The notes under the pieces are model-generated. The model did no database searches. It had not been told where the DNA came from and saw only the letters and a list, made by a program, of their open reading frames with translations. Positions 1 to 11,111 of a stretch of 64,000 bases of DNA are shown here, in pieces. Positions within the stretch are counted from its first letter, which is position 1. Every line of letters starts with the position of its first letter. Source of the stretch: Octopus sinensis (lineage: Eukaryota); the NCBI RefSeq assembly GCF_006345805.1, contig NC_043010.1, positions 18,476,001-18,540,000 of the forward strand. The letters are read 5' to 3'. The position numbers were made by a program, and so were the translations under genes.

Positions 1-750
1 ATCACTACAGCTCTATGTGTCTTGGGTATGTGCTGTGGTTTGTTATGATGCTCTTGTTTTTTACTTACGTAAGATGTGTGCGGTGCCTAGTAGTTCTATT
101 TTCTGTATGTTATTTATACTTGTTCGTTCTGATGTTTTGTTATGTATTTGTCTGAATATTTTTTTATCATACCTAATGTGCCTATTATCATAGAAATTGT
201 TTATTTTTTAGACTCCACATTCGAGTCAACCTCTATTTCCTGATCTTTGTATTTTGGAAGTTTCTTCGTTTCATTTAGAGAAAGTGTCATCTACTGGTAT
301 CGATATACCATTACAAAGCATTTTTTTCTTGGTGATCTCTGACAACTATATCTGGCCGATTGGCCTTAATTTCTCTATCTGTGTATATTAGCATATCCCA
401 GATTATGGTTGCGTTCTCGTTTTCTGTGACCTTTTCTGGCGTGTACCTATACCATCTTTTTTCTGTTGTTATTCCATAGTGTTGGCATAGCTTCCAGTGT
501 ATATAGGGTTCGACTCTATCGTGTCTGAACATATTTCTTTTTAACCAGGACTGGACAACTAGAGACAATATGATATATTGTTTCTTGTCCATCTCCACAT
601 AGTCTGCATTTACTTGTATTTCTTTTCATTACATGTTTTTGGTGATTTCTGGTGGGAAGGCTTTGATCTTGTGCTGCAATTAAAAATCCTTCAGTCTCTG
701 CTTTGAGTCCTGAGCTTCTCAGCCTTTGTTGGTATTTTGCTTTGTCTGTT
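1..750 (-). mobile_element. 5'-truncated R4/Dong-type non-LTR retrotransposon (CCHC knuckle + restriction-like endonuclease), frameshifted
   Basis: Minus-strand frames give LKAETEGFLIAAQDQSL, CRLCGDGQETIYHIVSSC (CCHC), RPDIVVRD (PD..D REL) and terminal IQKIELLGTAHILRK* (stop 61-63). The 5' junction abuts (ATC)n(ATT)n at 750-826. Confidence 0.85.
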
Positions 751-775
751 ATCATCGTCATCATCATCATCATCA

Positions 776-826
<51 letters not shown>

Positions 827-1495
827 GCAGCAGCAGCATTATTTCCATTAAAACTATTACAAAACTACTTTAGTTAACAATGACGTTATTTTGAGGCTTG
901 GTGACAACAAGCCACCTCAAATCGCAAGAATCTTATGATTCATACAGAATACAGGATTACAAATCGACAGTACGCGTCTCAATTCCTATGTTCTTCAGCC
1001 TTTGGGGTAGCAGTTTGGAGGTTGTTTAAGTGAGACTCAAGTGATTTGTTAGTCACTGTTTTTCTATATCAACGGAGGCTAAATTCATTTAAGCATGCTC
1101 TGGCAAGTGGAATCTTGCTGCTGATGAAGGTCAGAGAAGCCGAAATCCATCACCGCTGCGGCACAGTAGCACTTTATGTCTGTACGAGATCCTTTCTCGA
1201 AATGAATACGCAGTTCCCAGCTCCTACATAATCTTTCATCGGACCTAAATCACTCACATATTGCACAAAACTTCTGCAGCATATTTTCCAGCCCCATTTA
1301 TTTGCATCATCGACAAACTTCAACGGCGAATTTTGCAATAAGGAAATCAGGCCGTTGCCTTGTCCATCGCTTTCGTGAACACATTCGGAGCACACTTCTA
1401 CGTATGAGAAAGCAAACTGTCGAAACCTACTCCAACACGTAAGCCTTTCCATTTACTATTGTGCCACGGCATCCCCGCACATTACGGACCTGGAT

Positions 1496-1679
1496 CAGTG
1501 CTTTTCAACTTTTTTTAATATGTGGGCCAGATTCAAGACCTGGAATTTTTTTTTTGATTTAGGAGATCACGCCATAAAAAATAGAACACATGTCAATTAA
1601 AAGAAAATTTGTATTTATACAGGGAAGACCGTCGAGGGCCGCTAGAAGGATGCTAGAGAGCCGAGGTTGAGAACCACTG
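1496..1679. mobile_element. hAT-Charlie-like MITE
   Basis: TIRs cagtgcttttcaac / gttgagaaccactg. 8-bp flanks acctggat / atctagat match 6/8 and resemble the Charlie NTCTAGAN target. Confidence 0.7.
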
Positions 1680-2059
1680 ATCTAGATACTCTATGAAGAG
1701 GAAGAAACTACGTTCCGTAATCGAACTCGAAACGATGAAGTCGACAAGCTTTCCACTCCGTCAGTAACCCTATTCTTATTTTTCAGTCCCCCCCCCACAC
1801 ACACACACATCTCAGTTTCTTTTTCTATGTCATCCTCTCCCTTGCCTATTCTTGATTCTCTCTCCCTCTCTAACTTAGGTTCTCTCTACTACAACCTCTT
1901 GCGTTCCCCATCAGTCGCAACCAGTTTTTCAACCAGCGATGGTATAAGAACACCGATGATCTTCGTTTATTTCACTTCTGTCATCTTTACCGGAAGGGGA
2001 CCCTTTCTGAAGGGTTGGATACTCCACCCCTACCTTGACCATTATCAAATTGTGTTTGT

Positions 2060-3159
2060 ATGTATATGTAAGTGGATGTATGTGTGTATTCTGTGACTTT
2101 TGTGTGCCCATATGTGCCTATGCATCTGTGTATGTTTGTGTGCATGGGTATGCATGTATGTGTTTGTGTTTATGCATGTGTATACGTGTCCATGTGTGAA
2201 TTTATGAGTGTATTTGAGTGTGTATATGCGCATGTATTATATGTGTGACTGTATCTGTGTTCCTTTTATTCTGCAGGTGTGTGTGTGTGTATAGACATGT
2301 ATATCTTGTTGCGTGTATGTGTGTAACATCTGAGTACATATATATGTGTGTGTGTGTGTGTGTGTATACTTGCTTGCGCGCTTGTGTGGTGTGTGGTTTC
2401 ATTTCAAGTAAAGAGGGAACGTGCGACAAAATGAAAGGGTAACGGGGTACGAAAGAAATGGAAAGGGAGTTGGAAGAGGTGAAAATGTGAGAGAGGTGTA
2501 GAAGGGAGAGTAAGGGAGGCGAAGAAAAAGGTAACGTGTACGAGTGTAAAGGGTGTCTTGTTAAACACCCGTCACTGACCTGTTAAAGGGAATTTGAACA
2601 CAAGTTTGGACACGCGTCGACACGGAGAAAATGTGTGTGTGTTTGCACGCGCATTAATGTGTACTATGTGGGCGTATGCATGTCCATGGAAGGTGTAATA
2701 AATATACATCATAAAAATTGTTTATGCCCAGAAACATAAAATTGCGCATGTATGTACTTACACACACATGTATGAATGTATGTATGTATGTATGTATGTA
2801 TGTATGTATGCTGCTAAGTATGTATATATATATGCATGTACGTATGTATATATGTAAGCATGTATGTATTTATGTATATGTATGAATATAATATTGCGCA
2901 TGTATGTACATACACACACATGTATGTATATATGCATGCATGCATGCATGCATGTATGTATGTATATATGTATGAATTTACGTATGCATTCATGTATATG
3001 TACGTATATATATGTATGTATGCCTGCATGCATATATGAACGTATGTATGTATATTTATATGTATGCATGCATGTCTGTATATATGTATACGTGTAATCC
3101 CTTTCTCACACACTCTCATATATACACATACACACGCATGTAAATACTATAACCATTGC

Positions 3160-3197
<38 letters not shown>

Positions 3198-3965
3198 TAT
3201 TCACAGACAATGTATGTGGATATGGATATATGTATATATACGCATATCTGTATATGTCTATATCTATATATGTATATATATATATCTGTACGCATAAGGA
3301 TGTATCTGTGTTCGTGCTGCCAAGAAGAGGAAAAGAAATATTATCCCTGCAACACTTTCCGCTGCCTGTCGCCGTAAAAACCCCGCGGTGGACAAACATG
3401 GTTGCCGGCCGCAGAAATAAGCGAACAGTAAATTTAAACAGTGGATATTTAAATTTGAGACGTCACTTCCGGCTGGTTTGTCCAGACGGAACTCTGTGTA
3501 AAGGATGGGATGGGAGTGATGCGATAGACGTATAAGGTCATTGGGGGTTTTCTGAGCATGAGTATGGGTGGGAGGAGGGCATGAAGTGGTGTAGATGTAT
3601 ATGTTATTGTATTAGTATGGATATCTGTGTTTATGTGTGTGGTTGTATTTTGTGAGTGGATGACAAAATACGTGAATAGGAGATTGTTTATGTTGGTGCA
3701 CACAAACAGACACACATACGTAGAGAGAGAGAGAGAGAAACGGAACAACAAATACACTAACAGATATGTAGATAGACAGGTAAACAGACATGCACACAAA
3801 TAGATAGGTAGGTAGGTAGGTAGGTAGATAGGTAAATAGAGATAGATAGATAGACAGAGAGATAGATAGATAGAGAGAGAGAGAGAGAAAGAGATAGATT
3901 GATAAAGAGAGAAAGAGATAGATAGATGAAGAGAGAGAGAGAGAGAGAGAGATAAGGAGAGAAAG

Positions 3966-4060
<95 letters not shown>

Positions 4061-4588
4061 ATGATTGATTCTAATGTATAAACAACATTTTGTGGTGCAG
4101 TCATGTGCTATTTGTGTGTAATATACAGTTATATCACGTGTATTTGTGTGCGTATGTGTAATGTGTGTATATATATGTTCGTGTTTCACGAGCCTACGCA
4201 TGTATGTGTGTGTGCGTGTGTGTGTCTGATATGTGTTGTTTAACGATGCAGAGAACCGGCAAGGTTGAACGGAATAAATAGGATTTCACACAAATACAGA
4301 TAAAACAAACACAAACATAGACACTGCTGAGTACACGAACATGTGTGTTTGTGTGCATTTATATATATGAATATATGTATATGAATATATATATATTTAT
4401 GTGTGTGTGCGTGTATATATGTTTATATACATGTTTGTGTGTACATATGTATAAATAAATATACTTATATGTGCATGTATATATACATTTATATTTACAG
4501 ATGTGTATGTGTATATATATAATATATATATATATAATATATATATATATATATTATATATATTATATATATAATATATATATATATA
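2060..4588. repeat. Mixed microsatellite field ((CA)n, (TACA)n, (GATA)n, (TA)n) with short unique islands
   Basis: Directly visible simple repeats, e.g. (GATA)n at ~3967-4059. Confidence 0.9.
3457..3472 (-). promoter_or_regulatory. Overlapping ETS/CRE composite motif in a CpG-rich island (3355-3500)
   Basis: Minus strand reads CCGGAAGTGACGTCTC, close to the ETS-CRE composite CCGGAAGTGACGTCAC. CpG is locally enriched amid AT-rich repeats. Confidence 0.3.
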
Positions 4589-5242
4589 GCAATTAAGGAC
4601 AACTACTTAATAAGGAAAACTTAACAAGAAATTGTCAGGTAGATAGCGTGAAAACCTCATAAGAGAATAAATTTCGAAAATAATTATTTCTTATTGAACA
4701 TATTAATTTATATATAGAGGGCATTATACATACATGCCACACGCTAAGAGGGACAATTAGTCATTTCTACCAAAAATATTACTAATCCCACCGAATGCAA
4801 TTTCATACGTAAGTATGAAATCACTGTGATACAGGTCTATATTTTTTAAATGTCTTACTTTGAAAAATTGCATTCGTTGGGATAGTAATATTTTTGGTAG
4901 AAATGACTAATTGTCCCTCTTAGCGTGTGGCATGTATGTATAATGCCCTCTAATATAAATTAATATGTTCAATAAGAAATAATTATTTTCGAATTTATTC
5001 TCTTATGAGGTTTTCACGCTATCTACCTGACAATTTCTTGTTAAGTTTTCTTATTAAGTAGTTGTCCTTAATTGCTAAATTTTTATTCCGAAAAAACTTT
5101 TCCTTTCCCGAAATGCAATTCGTAAAAGTAGCCATTTACAGGATGTTAATATGTAAACTCACCCATGGCTTCGTTGATGTTGATCAGTTAGCTGATCGGC
5201 TTAAGCGGGGCAGGGTCGTTTATTTATGATACATTCAGGCTG

Positions 5243-5283
5243 CTGCTGATGAATACGTAAGTATGAAATCACTGTGATACAGG
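5243..5283 (+). ncRNA. Type I hammerhead ribozyme (copy with shortened stem I)
   Basis: ctg CTGATGA atac-gtaa-gtat GAAA tcac-t-gtga TA cag(g). Core intact; stem I about 3 bp. Confidence 0.7.
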
Positions 5284-5689
5284 TCTATTTTTTTAAATGT
5301 CATACTTTGAAAAATTGCATTCGGTGGGATTAGTAATATTTTTGGTAGAAATGACTAATTGTCCCTCTTAGCGTGTGCATGTATGTATAATGCCCTCTAT
5401 ATATAAATTAATATGTTCATAAGAAATAATTATTTTCGAAATTTATTCTCTTATGAGGTTTTCACGCTATCTACCTGACAATTTCTTGTTAAGTTTTCCT
5501 TATTAAGTAGTTGTCCTTAATTGCTAAATTTTTATTCCGAAAAAACTTTTCCTTTCCCGAAATGCAATTCGTAAAAGTATGCCATTTACAGGATGTAATA
5601 TATGTAAACTCACCCATGTGCTTCGTTGATGTTGATCAGTTAGCTGATCGGCTTAAGCGGGGCAGGGTCGTTTATTTATGATACATTCA

Positions 5690-5735
5690 GGCCTGCTGAT
5701 GAATACGTAAGTATGAAATCACTGTGATACAGGTC
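5690..5735 (+). ncRNA. Type I hammerhead ribozyme
   Basis: ggcctg CTGATGA atac-gtaa-gtat GAAA tcac-t-gtga TA caggtc. 6-bp stem I (one G:U), 4-bp stem II, near-palindromic stem III, AUA cleavage triplet (cut 5729/5730). Confidence 0.88.
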
Positions 5736-5849
5736 TATATTTTTTAAATGTCTTACTTTGAAAAATTGCATTCGGTGGGATTAGTAATATTTTTGGTAGA
5801 AATGACTAATTGTGTCCCTCTTAACGTGTGCCATGTATGTATAATGCCG

Positions 5850-5887
<38 letters not shown>

Positions 5888-6539
5888 TATATATCTATAT
5901 ATATATATATATATACTTACATATGCATACATATATACTGAAGCATACATATGAATGTATATGTGTGTGTGCATGTATATATGTATGTATGTCGGTATGA
6001 AGAATAATAACGGTTAGTGGAATAAGGGGACTAGGGCGATGGTGGGGGCTGTGCAGAGGCCCGGAAAGGCAGCAGAAAGAGCCTCTTGCAGAATATGGAG
6101 CAAGAGAGAGAGATAGAGAGGAGTAAAGCTGGAAGCGAGGAAGAGATGATGAGCAGTGATATGGCCAGCTCTGCTGATCCAACTGCGAGACGGTGTTAGG
6201 GTCGAAACACTCGGTGATCGTTGGATACCGTCTGATGACATCAATTCCTGCTGACCAATACTTTGGTCAGTGGAAAAGAAGCACCGTCTTCTAGGTGTCA
6301 ACAATAACATGTGTGCACATATGTATGTACGTACGTATGTTTGTGTGTATGTATATATGTATGTATGTATGTATGTATGCATGTATGTACGTACGTATGG
6401 AACTACATACATGCCAACCTTAAGTCACCACAGAAAATATATAAAATTGTTTGTAACTTTATTATATCATTGCATTAACTTGGTTACGGTGCGAGATTAT
6501 TTATAGCGTTACGTATCTCCTTCCTCTCTGCGCGTATAC

Positions 6540-6900
6540 ACACGCACATACATACACATACACACACACATACATACACATGCACACACACATACACACA
6601 CATACACACATACATACACATACACACACACATAGGCACACACATATACACACACATACATACACACAAACATACATACACACGCATACATACACACGCA
6701 TACATACACACACACGCACACGTACATACACACATACACACATACACACACACATACACACATACACACACACATACATACACATACATACACACGCATA
6801 CAAACACACACACACATACATACACACACATACACACACATACACACACACACATACACACACACATACACACACACTCACACATATACGCGCGCACACA
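6540..6900. repeat. Degenerate (CA)n/(TACA)n microsatellite
   Basis: Visible simple repeat. Confidence 0.9.
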
Positions 6901-6954
6901 GAATTTCCAGTCGAATCGATCAATCCCAGCACTTAATTGCTTCTTTAAACCGTA

Positions 6955-7385
6955 TACTTATTCTGTCCTTTGCTTTTGCTGAACCGCTAGCTTACGGGGA
7001 CATAAACACACCAACCCCAGTTGCCAAACGGTGGTGGAGAACAAACACGCACACATTCACAAGATATTTGGTCAGCCCACGGTTTGTCAAAGATGCCACG
7101 CAATGGGGCCGAACCCAGAACAACGTGGTTGGGAAGCAAGCTTCTTACCACTCAGTCATATATATGTATGTGTACATGTGTGTGTATTTGTCCTCCACCA
7201 CTGCTTGTTAACCGGTGTTGGTGTGTTTACGTACCCGTAACTTAGTGGTTCGGCAAAAGTGACCGATAGAATGAGTACCCCACTTAAAACAATAAGTGCT
7301 GCGGTCGATTTATTCGACTAAAACAAATTCCCAAAGGAAGTGCTCCAGCATGGCTGCAGTCTAATGACTGAAACAAGTAAAAAGA
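6955..7385. mobile_element. Composite tRNA-derived SINE fragments (octopus-type)
   Basis: Shares aagatgccacgca..gaaccc..gcaagcttcttaccac and gtgctccagcatggctgcagtc..atgactgaaacaag blocks with copies at 22.5-22.9, 36.1-36.4, 41.5-41.8 and 57.4-58.2 kb. Confidence 0.7.
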
Positions 7386-7390
7386 TATAT

Positions 7391-7596
7391 ATATAAATTA
7401 AATAATGAGGGTAGAAAATGATATCACTCAATTAACAGCAATTTAAACCAGCGGTCTAGCATATTGAAAACATCCGAAGATTTAAAAATTATATTACAAT
7501 TATAAGAGGAAAGACCACTTAAGTGGATTCCTAATATGCTAAGGATAGTCGTCAAATCGCTTTACTACATGGTAAGGCGATCTGACGTCTATCTTT

Positions 7597-7601
<5 letters not shown>
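7391..7601 (-). mobile_element. Short (TA)n-embedded insert with a 24-bp hairpin, probable Penelope-like terminus
   Basis: Hairpin at 7544-7593. The minus-strand end ccgctggt...ttttctaccct resembles the end of the 9331-9642 insert. Confidence 0.45.
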
Positions 7602-7650
<49 letters not shown>

Positions 7651-7704
7651 TATATATTAATATATTATATATATATATATATTATATATATTATATATAT
7701 ATTA

Positions 7705-8053
7705 TATAAGTATAGGAAAGAATGGAGCTGAGCGAAGATTTAACAAAATTCCTTTATTTTATTTTCGACATATGTTTCGAAGTCTGCAAAAATCCTAATT
7801 CCGAATGAATTAGGAATTTTGCAGACTTCGAAACATATATCGAAAAAATAAAGGAATTTTGTTAAATCTTCGCTCAGCTCCATTCTTTCCTATACTTATA
7901 ATATTAAATTAAACTTCAAATTTCCGCACTAAGGCACGGAGTATATGCCCTATGGTCGTAACTTCAACCGTGTTCTTTCTGTTGTGAGTTTGCTACCCAG
8001 GTATCGGTTATCTTTCGAATTATCCGTAATAAGATAATTCATTTATCTACTTA
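7705..8053 (+). mobile_element. Fold-back element (~97-bp arms, 5-nt loop at 7802-7806) carrying the hammerhead 3' half, in (TA)n
   Basis: 7705-7801 is the near-perfect reverse complement of 7807-7900. Both arms carry GAAA-cata(t/g)-TC followed by aataaa. Confidence 0.75.
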
Positions 8054-8489
8054 AATATATATATATATATATACAAGCAAAACGCCCCCGTCCAATGGAC
8101 GGTGCTGAGTTGTCAAACATTTAAACCAAATTTTCTCAAAACAACTTGTCCGACCGTCCCATAGGCCTCCCCTTTGACAAACACTGATTTAACCTAAATT
8201 TGAGACACCGGCAAAAGAAGAAATAAAGATAGACTTTTTTTTTCTATTCAAAAGAAAAAATATTTTATTCACACAAATATGCAACCGAAGAGTTTAAACT
8301 ACCAGTAATAATAAGGCTGTTGAACACAAACATGGTTTAAACAGTAAACTTGGCAGGAAAGAAACGTGCTTTTAAGCAGTACAAAAACAGCAGAAAATGG
8401 AAGGTGCAGTTATGTACAGGTTGACGGAAGAAAGGCAGGACAAAAAGGGCTTTATCGATAGCATTCTCACCTGGAATCGATTTTTGTAA

Positions 8490-9040
8490 TTTTTTCAAGA
8501 CTTATACATGCCCTGATACTGTCGGTATCTGAACGACCTCCACATAAACCAAAAAAGAGGTATAAGGACTTGCTGAAGGCTTCCTTAAGAGATGCTTGCA
8601 TGAGAAAGTAAGGAGGGATGTCAGGAAGGGCACCGCTGTTACACTTCCAGAAGGGAAGGGTCTTCCTTTGATTCTGACATGCAATGTCTGTGCAATACTC
8701 TGCCTCAGTAAAGCTGGACTCATGAGTCATCTTCGTAGTCATAAAACGAGACAGATGAGTGACAACCTGGCCACTGGTGGTGGTGTAAGACACTATACTA
8801 ATCATATCTGTCGGGCATGTGGAAGAGAGTGTAATTCGGCAGGAGGACTTAAACGACATGCAAAGGTACATGAAGCCCAGTTACAACTACTGCCGGCTAT
8901 TACCATTAAAGGTTATAGTTGCTAATTTTGTACAAGACATTGTAGATCTTTTGCTGGGCTAAAAAGTCACATTCGATCACAGCACCAGTAACAGTTAAGC
9001 TTCGTACAATGGCCATACTCGATAACGAGGGGGCAGCAAG

Positions 9041-9042
<2 letters not shown>
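8490..9042 (+). mobile_element. RTE-clade LINE 3' end encoding three C2H2 zinc fingers
   Basis: RPPHKPKKRYKDLLKASL (RTE C-terminal motif). Fingers CNVC..HLRSH, CRAC..HAKVH and C*FC..HIRSQH. RTE-type tail ggccatactcgataacgagggggcagc, then (TA)n. Confidence 0.75.
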
Positions 9043-9086
<44 letters not shown>

Positions 9087-9213
9087 TATATATATATATA
9101 TATGTGTGTGTGTTGTGTGTGTGTGTGTGTGGTGATATATATGTATATATGTATATATGTATATATATATATATAGTATAATATATATATTATAGTATAT
9201 AATGTATATATGT

Positions 9214-9248
<35 letters not shown>

Positions 9249-9292
9249 GTATATATATATATATATATGTATATATATGTATATATAATATA

Positions 9293-9330
<38 letters not shown>

Positions 9331-9333
<3 letters not shown>

Positions 9334-9642
9334 AATCAAGGAACGGCCATAATAGGCCATTCACCCACTAGAAATAACAGCCAAAGCTTCAACCGCAAAT
9401 AAACATCAATTCCGTAAACCAGGAGAAAATTAAAAAACATTTACCCTCTCCTGGTTTACGGAATTGATGTTTATTTGCGGTTGAAGCTTTGGCTGTTATT
9501 TCTAGTGGGTGAATGGCCTATTATGGCCGTTCCTTGATTGTGATGTTGAACTTAAAAATGGTCTATGACTATTTAATTTTTTCCCACTAGGCCGCTGGTG
9601 GCAAAAAAATTCTACAAAATTTTTTGCCACCCTATATTGATT
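9331..9642 (+). mobile_element. Perfect fold-back insert (~97-bp arms, ~20-nt spacer) in (TA)n
   Basis: 9331-9427 is the reverse complement of ~9447-9543. A second hairpin ggtggcaaaaaa/ttttttgccacc lies near the end. Confidence 0.75.
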
Positions 9643-9807
9643 ATATATATATATATATATAAATGTATATATATGTATATATATATATGTATGTATATAT
9701 ATGTGTATATATATATTATATATGTATATATATATATGTATATATATATATATGTATATGTATATATATGTATATATATATATGTATATGTATATATATG
9801 TATATAT

Positions 9808-10198
9808 ATAATACAAATAAGAAAATGGAGGAACAGATTCATTTCAATCAACTTACAGATATTACCAATTCATATTATATATTAACTACATAAATAGGAA
9901 CATCCAAATCCAACAAAACAAAACAATATACATCAATATGTAAGATAATAATACCCTAAGAATAATACGCATAAAATGGATCTTACAGCTGTTTCAGCCT
10001 GTAGATAAAGGTATCTCATTCTGCCCATATTAGTCAGATGTATTGAGGTAATATGCAGTTAAAATGAGTTGCTTATATATATATATATATATATCTCAGG
10101 CCTCGTCAGAGATTATAAAGTACAATTATAAAAATGCAAAATATAAATATGAAACAGAATACACATACACAAGAATATATATATATGTGTGTGTGTGT

Positions 10199-10235
<37 letters not shown>

Positions 10236-10625
10236 AAAAGTGTATATACATATATATATATACATATATATAAGTATATATATAATAATATACATACACA
10301 TAAGGTCACAGATAATCAAATATATATACATATATACTGGAGTATACATCCACATCAATGGGTACATAGTTAATAAATAATATGAATTGGTAATATCTGT
10401 AAGTCGATGATTGAAATGAATATGTTCCTCCATTTTCTTATTTGTATTATGAATTTGTGGTAAAATATTTTATCTTCGCCCATCTAATACAATAAATGAA
10501 TTAATTGCATTGCAATTATAAGCATTTATGTATTTGCCTTTTGGGTACTTCACCAGCAGTATATTGGATAACTGATATCCCATAGTGGGTTACACTCATA
10601 ACCCTTATCTCACTTTGTACTTTTA
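9808..10625. mobile_element. Penelope-like insert with ~80-bp inverted arms and an internal hammerhead
   Basis: ~9808-9888 is inverted relative to ~10368-10449. Hammerhead on the minus strand. Flanked by (TA)n. Confidence 0.7.
9980..10113 (-). ncRNA. Type I hammerhead ribozyme with ~100-nt stem II extension
   Basis: Minus strand: atct CTGACGA ggcctg...caggct GAAA cagctg TA agat. Palindromic stem III. Confidence 0.75.
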
Positions 10626-10629
10626 TGCA

Positions 10630-10688
<59 letters not shown>

Positions 10689-11062
10689 GTATATATATAT
10701 ATATGTATATGTATATTATATATATGTATATATATAATATATATATATATATACATATATATAAATGTGTGTGTATATATATATATGTTTATATATATAT
10801 ATATATATTTATATGTGTATATAATTATATATGTGTATAGTGTATATATATATATATGTGTATATATATGTATATTATATTTATATGTGTATATATGATA
10901 TGTATATAATATATATGTATATATAGTGTATATATATATGTATACATGGGTGTGTATATATATATGGTATATTATATACATATATACATGTTATATATGT
11001 ATATATATATATGTGTGTGGTGTGTATATATACAAGATACATGTGTGTATATATAGATATAT

Positions 11063-11100
<38 letters not shown>

Positions 11101-11111
11101 GAAAGAGAGAG

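Larger units (their letters stand above)
4589..5852 (+). mobile_element. Non-coding Penelope-like pLTR / retrozyme: ~2.3 tandem ~450-bp units with hammerheads plus an inverted 5' arm, inserted in (TA)n
   Basis: atacgtaagtatgaaatcactgtgatacagg recurs at 4805, 5253 and 5703. 4589-4803 is the reverse complement of ~4865-5075. Both ends merge into (TA)n. Confidence 0.85.

Noticed and set aside
1046-1452. Short ORFs in a moderately GC-rich stretch
   Set aside because: No domain signature or convincing splice sites. Possibly old TE sequence.
6195-6245. Possible type II hammerhead (GAAAcactcggtgatc...CTGATGA)
   Set aside because: Extra A before UC, and neither stem I nor stem II pairs.
6014-6412. 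GC-richer ORF as a host exon
   Set aside because: No recognisable motif, weak acceptor, and it starts in a microsatellite. Cannot be supported.
8596-8925. Host C2H2 zinc-finger gene
   Set aside because: No TGEKP linkers; embedded between an RTE motif and an RTE tail; third finger has a stop.
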